A stretch of DNA of 63,016 nt, counting the filler, from Rhabdomonas costata (taxonomy: Eukaryota), in assembly GCA_019059605.1 (NCBI GenBank). It is 28 parts of 28 records of this genome, joined end to end, with 100 filler letters (N's around TTAATTAATTAA, not from the genome) between each part and the next. Parts side by side here need not be neighbours in the genome. Positions count along the whole stretch, not along the records: positions 60,865 to 63,016 come from JAHMHO010005230.1; 27 more parts are not named here. The stretch is one strand, 5' to 3'. Of this stretch, positions 61,170 through 63,016 are shown piece by piece (positions within the stretch are counted from its first letter, which is position 1; every line of letters starts with the position of its first letter). Made by a program: the position numbers and the translations under genes. The notes below the pieces were generated by a model. The model had not been told where the DNA came from, did no database searches, and saw only the letters and a list, made by a program, of their open reading frames with translations.

Positions 61170-63016
61170 CTACTGGGTGATCTTCAGGCACATATCTACA
61201 GAAGCGTAACGTGAAAACCACTGGTGCACGAGCCAATGCGCCAAACGAAGCACGTCATCTAGTGAAGGACAAGGGCAGGAAGGCAAATGTTGGAGCTCCA
61301 TTTCGAACTTAAACGCCAATTTTCTGCCTGAAGTGGAGGGTGGAAAACCGTGGACGAAAGCCTTTAGTACCCAATCGCGAGTCCAAGCTGTAGCAATCGC
61401 TCCACATCCTGTGTTGTGCTGGCGTACTCGGCGGCGAAGGTTGCTTGTTGACCCCACATAAACCTTGAGGTGCGCCACGGATTCCAGAATGTACACGACG
61501 TTAGTCAGGGATTGAGGAAGCTCCAGTGATCGAACATAAAACGATTCTGCAAAGCTCTCATAAACTGCGGCTGGTGGTGGAAGTTCACGAGAAAGCAGGT
61601 TGGCTTCTTCGATCCATTCATCAACTTCAGCACGCCAGTATGTCTGCTTTGAAAGCAGAGCTCTCAACGCCGTGGGGTCGTAACCGCAGAAGTAGATGTC
61701 CCTAAGGTGACGTACTCGCGTGACCAAGGTAAAAAGCATAAGACGAGACCACATCATGTGGTCCCACCTTTGGTCGGCACTGGTGGCGATGCACTCCTCG
61801 GTGTTCCCCTGGCAGTCGTGAACTGTCGTTGCGCACGAAAGCTCCAGTGGAATCTGAAGTCGACGCAGTTGCATCGAAGCAGCCCCTCGTACTTCCTACA
61901 AAAAGTGTAAGATCACTGATGGACAAAAACCCGCAACTCCCACGGGCGCTTGCGAGTTGTATCTTTGAACGGTGCGGTGGGGTTCCAGCTTACCGCCGTA
62001 CACTTTAGTGTGTGTGTGTGTGTATGGATGGATGGGATCAACCCAACGCACGACATGGTGTTCAGCAGGGACAGCAGCATCGCCAACGCGCGAACAACAA
62101 CAAAACAGCAAACAGCGGGTGGGGGTGTGGCGGCTCACGAAAGGCTGAAATAATACCGCAGACGACTGTCGCGCGACAGTCACAGCAGACTTGTCTTCCA
62201 GAAGGATCGTGACACTGTCGACCTGCGCATCGAACGAGACAACCTTGCCAACGGTGCCATTCGCGACAAATCGATGCCCAATCCAGAGGTTTTGCGTTAC
62301 TGTCATGCTTTCATTGGTGATAACATTTGTTACCCCAGGAAGTCCCGACTTGCGTGATAGCAGACGAGCGTGAGCAGCATTGCGGTCAGTGTGCCATGAC
62401 CCTGAGTAAAAGCTTTCATCTTTTGCATGAAAAGAGTACTTTGTGGCCGCGGGAGCATCTGCAAATCGTTTCTCGCGAATCTGGTTCACAGCCTCGTGCG
62501 TCGAGAGCAGCCAGGTTGCATTTTTGGGCACTTGCTCCATGTTTTGAACGAAACGGCAGAAAGTAGCAACAATAGACTCCGCTTCGGAAATCTGCGCAGC
62601 GGTGAGCGTTGGAATACGGAGGAGAGAAATCAGCCGCTGCAGTGCCGGGTCGTTTGTCGCCCTGTAAAGCTGGCGCAAGACAATCGTGTCGAAAGTGAAG
62701 AGCACCAAAGAGGAGAGAAGAGGGGAACGGTCGCCTATGGGGTCCACTTGATAGTGATCTCCACAACAGATGAGCCACACACCGCCGAAAGGGCGATCAT
62801 TGCCACGAACCTTTCGCAGCACCAGATCCATAGCTGAAAGCAAGCTGGCACCAACCTGAGCAAACTCATCTACCAGCAGTACATGGAGTTCCTGAAGAAT
62901 GCGCTTCTGAACAGGGTTTGACAAGAAGCGTGCGATGGCTGCGGAAGCAAATGATACAGCTGTGTCTGTCCCTTTCGATGACGGTCGAAAGCCAAAAAAT
63001 CGGTGGATGTGAATGC
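61170..63016 (-). CDS. PIF1-family (SF1B) helicase fused to a C-terminal GIY-YIG (SLX1-like) endonuclease; exons >63016-62157 and 61895-61170; possible Helitron-like element protein
   Basis: Exon 1: IHIHRFF, LLVDEFAQV, DRPFGG, CGDHYQVDPI, LRQLYRA, VTQNL..ANGTVG. Phase-0 GT-AG intron at 62156-61896. Exon 2: QIPLELSCATTVHDCQGNT and TLVTRVR (helicase motifs V/VI), then VYILES..VYVGSTSNLRRRVRQHNTG..W..VHGF..AFKFE. Confidence 0.88.

Noticed and set aside
61896-62156. C-terminal ~86 aa of the 342-aa helicase ORF
   Set aside because: This is intron read-through. It contains a (CA)n tract, has GT-AG ends and lacks helicase motifs, which resume in the next exon.
1-63016. Euglenid non-conventional introns, SL RNA, tRNA or rRNA genes
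   Set aside because: All introns I could reconstruct are GT-AG and I recognised no RNA gene. Absence is not proven without a covariance search.

Overview
This window is not one locus. It is 28 unrelated contigs of about 2.15 kb, joined by identical 100-nt artificial spacers (N44-TTAATTAATTAA-N44), so no synteny can be inferred across spacers. The DNA is from an intron-rich flagellated eukaryote. Every intron I reconstructed is GT-AG. BBS5, a dynein heavy chain, a sensor/HAMP receptor, a class III cyclase and tightly packed co-directional genes suggest a euglenozoan, probably a euglenid (inference). Manual splicing recovers fragments of: a WWE-DCN1 fusion, a receptor-type adenylyl cyclase (sensor and catalytic parts on different contigs), an ELAPOR/KIAA1324-like protein, BBS5, dynein heavy chain, STT3 (last exon), a WD40 protein, a CLC channel CBS domain, a nucleotide-sugar transporter, DnaJ, SPRY, SMYD-type SET, matrin-type zinc finger, ACBP, a LOG-family protein and a MAP2K-like kinase, plus decayed transposon remnants. 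Three items stand out. (1) Contig 28: removing one phase-0 intron fuses a PIF1-family helicase to a C-terminal SLX1-like GIY-YIG nuclease, a candidate Helitron-like element or helicase-nuclease enzyme. (2) Contig 27: a ~2025-bp tandem macro-repeat gene built from symmetric phase-1 exons, with 37-aa Cys-rich modules flanking an intronless, bacterial-looking 199-aa domain. (3) Contig 1: the WWE-DCN1 fusion. All family calls come from motif recognition, not database searches.
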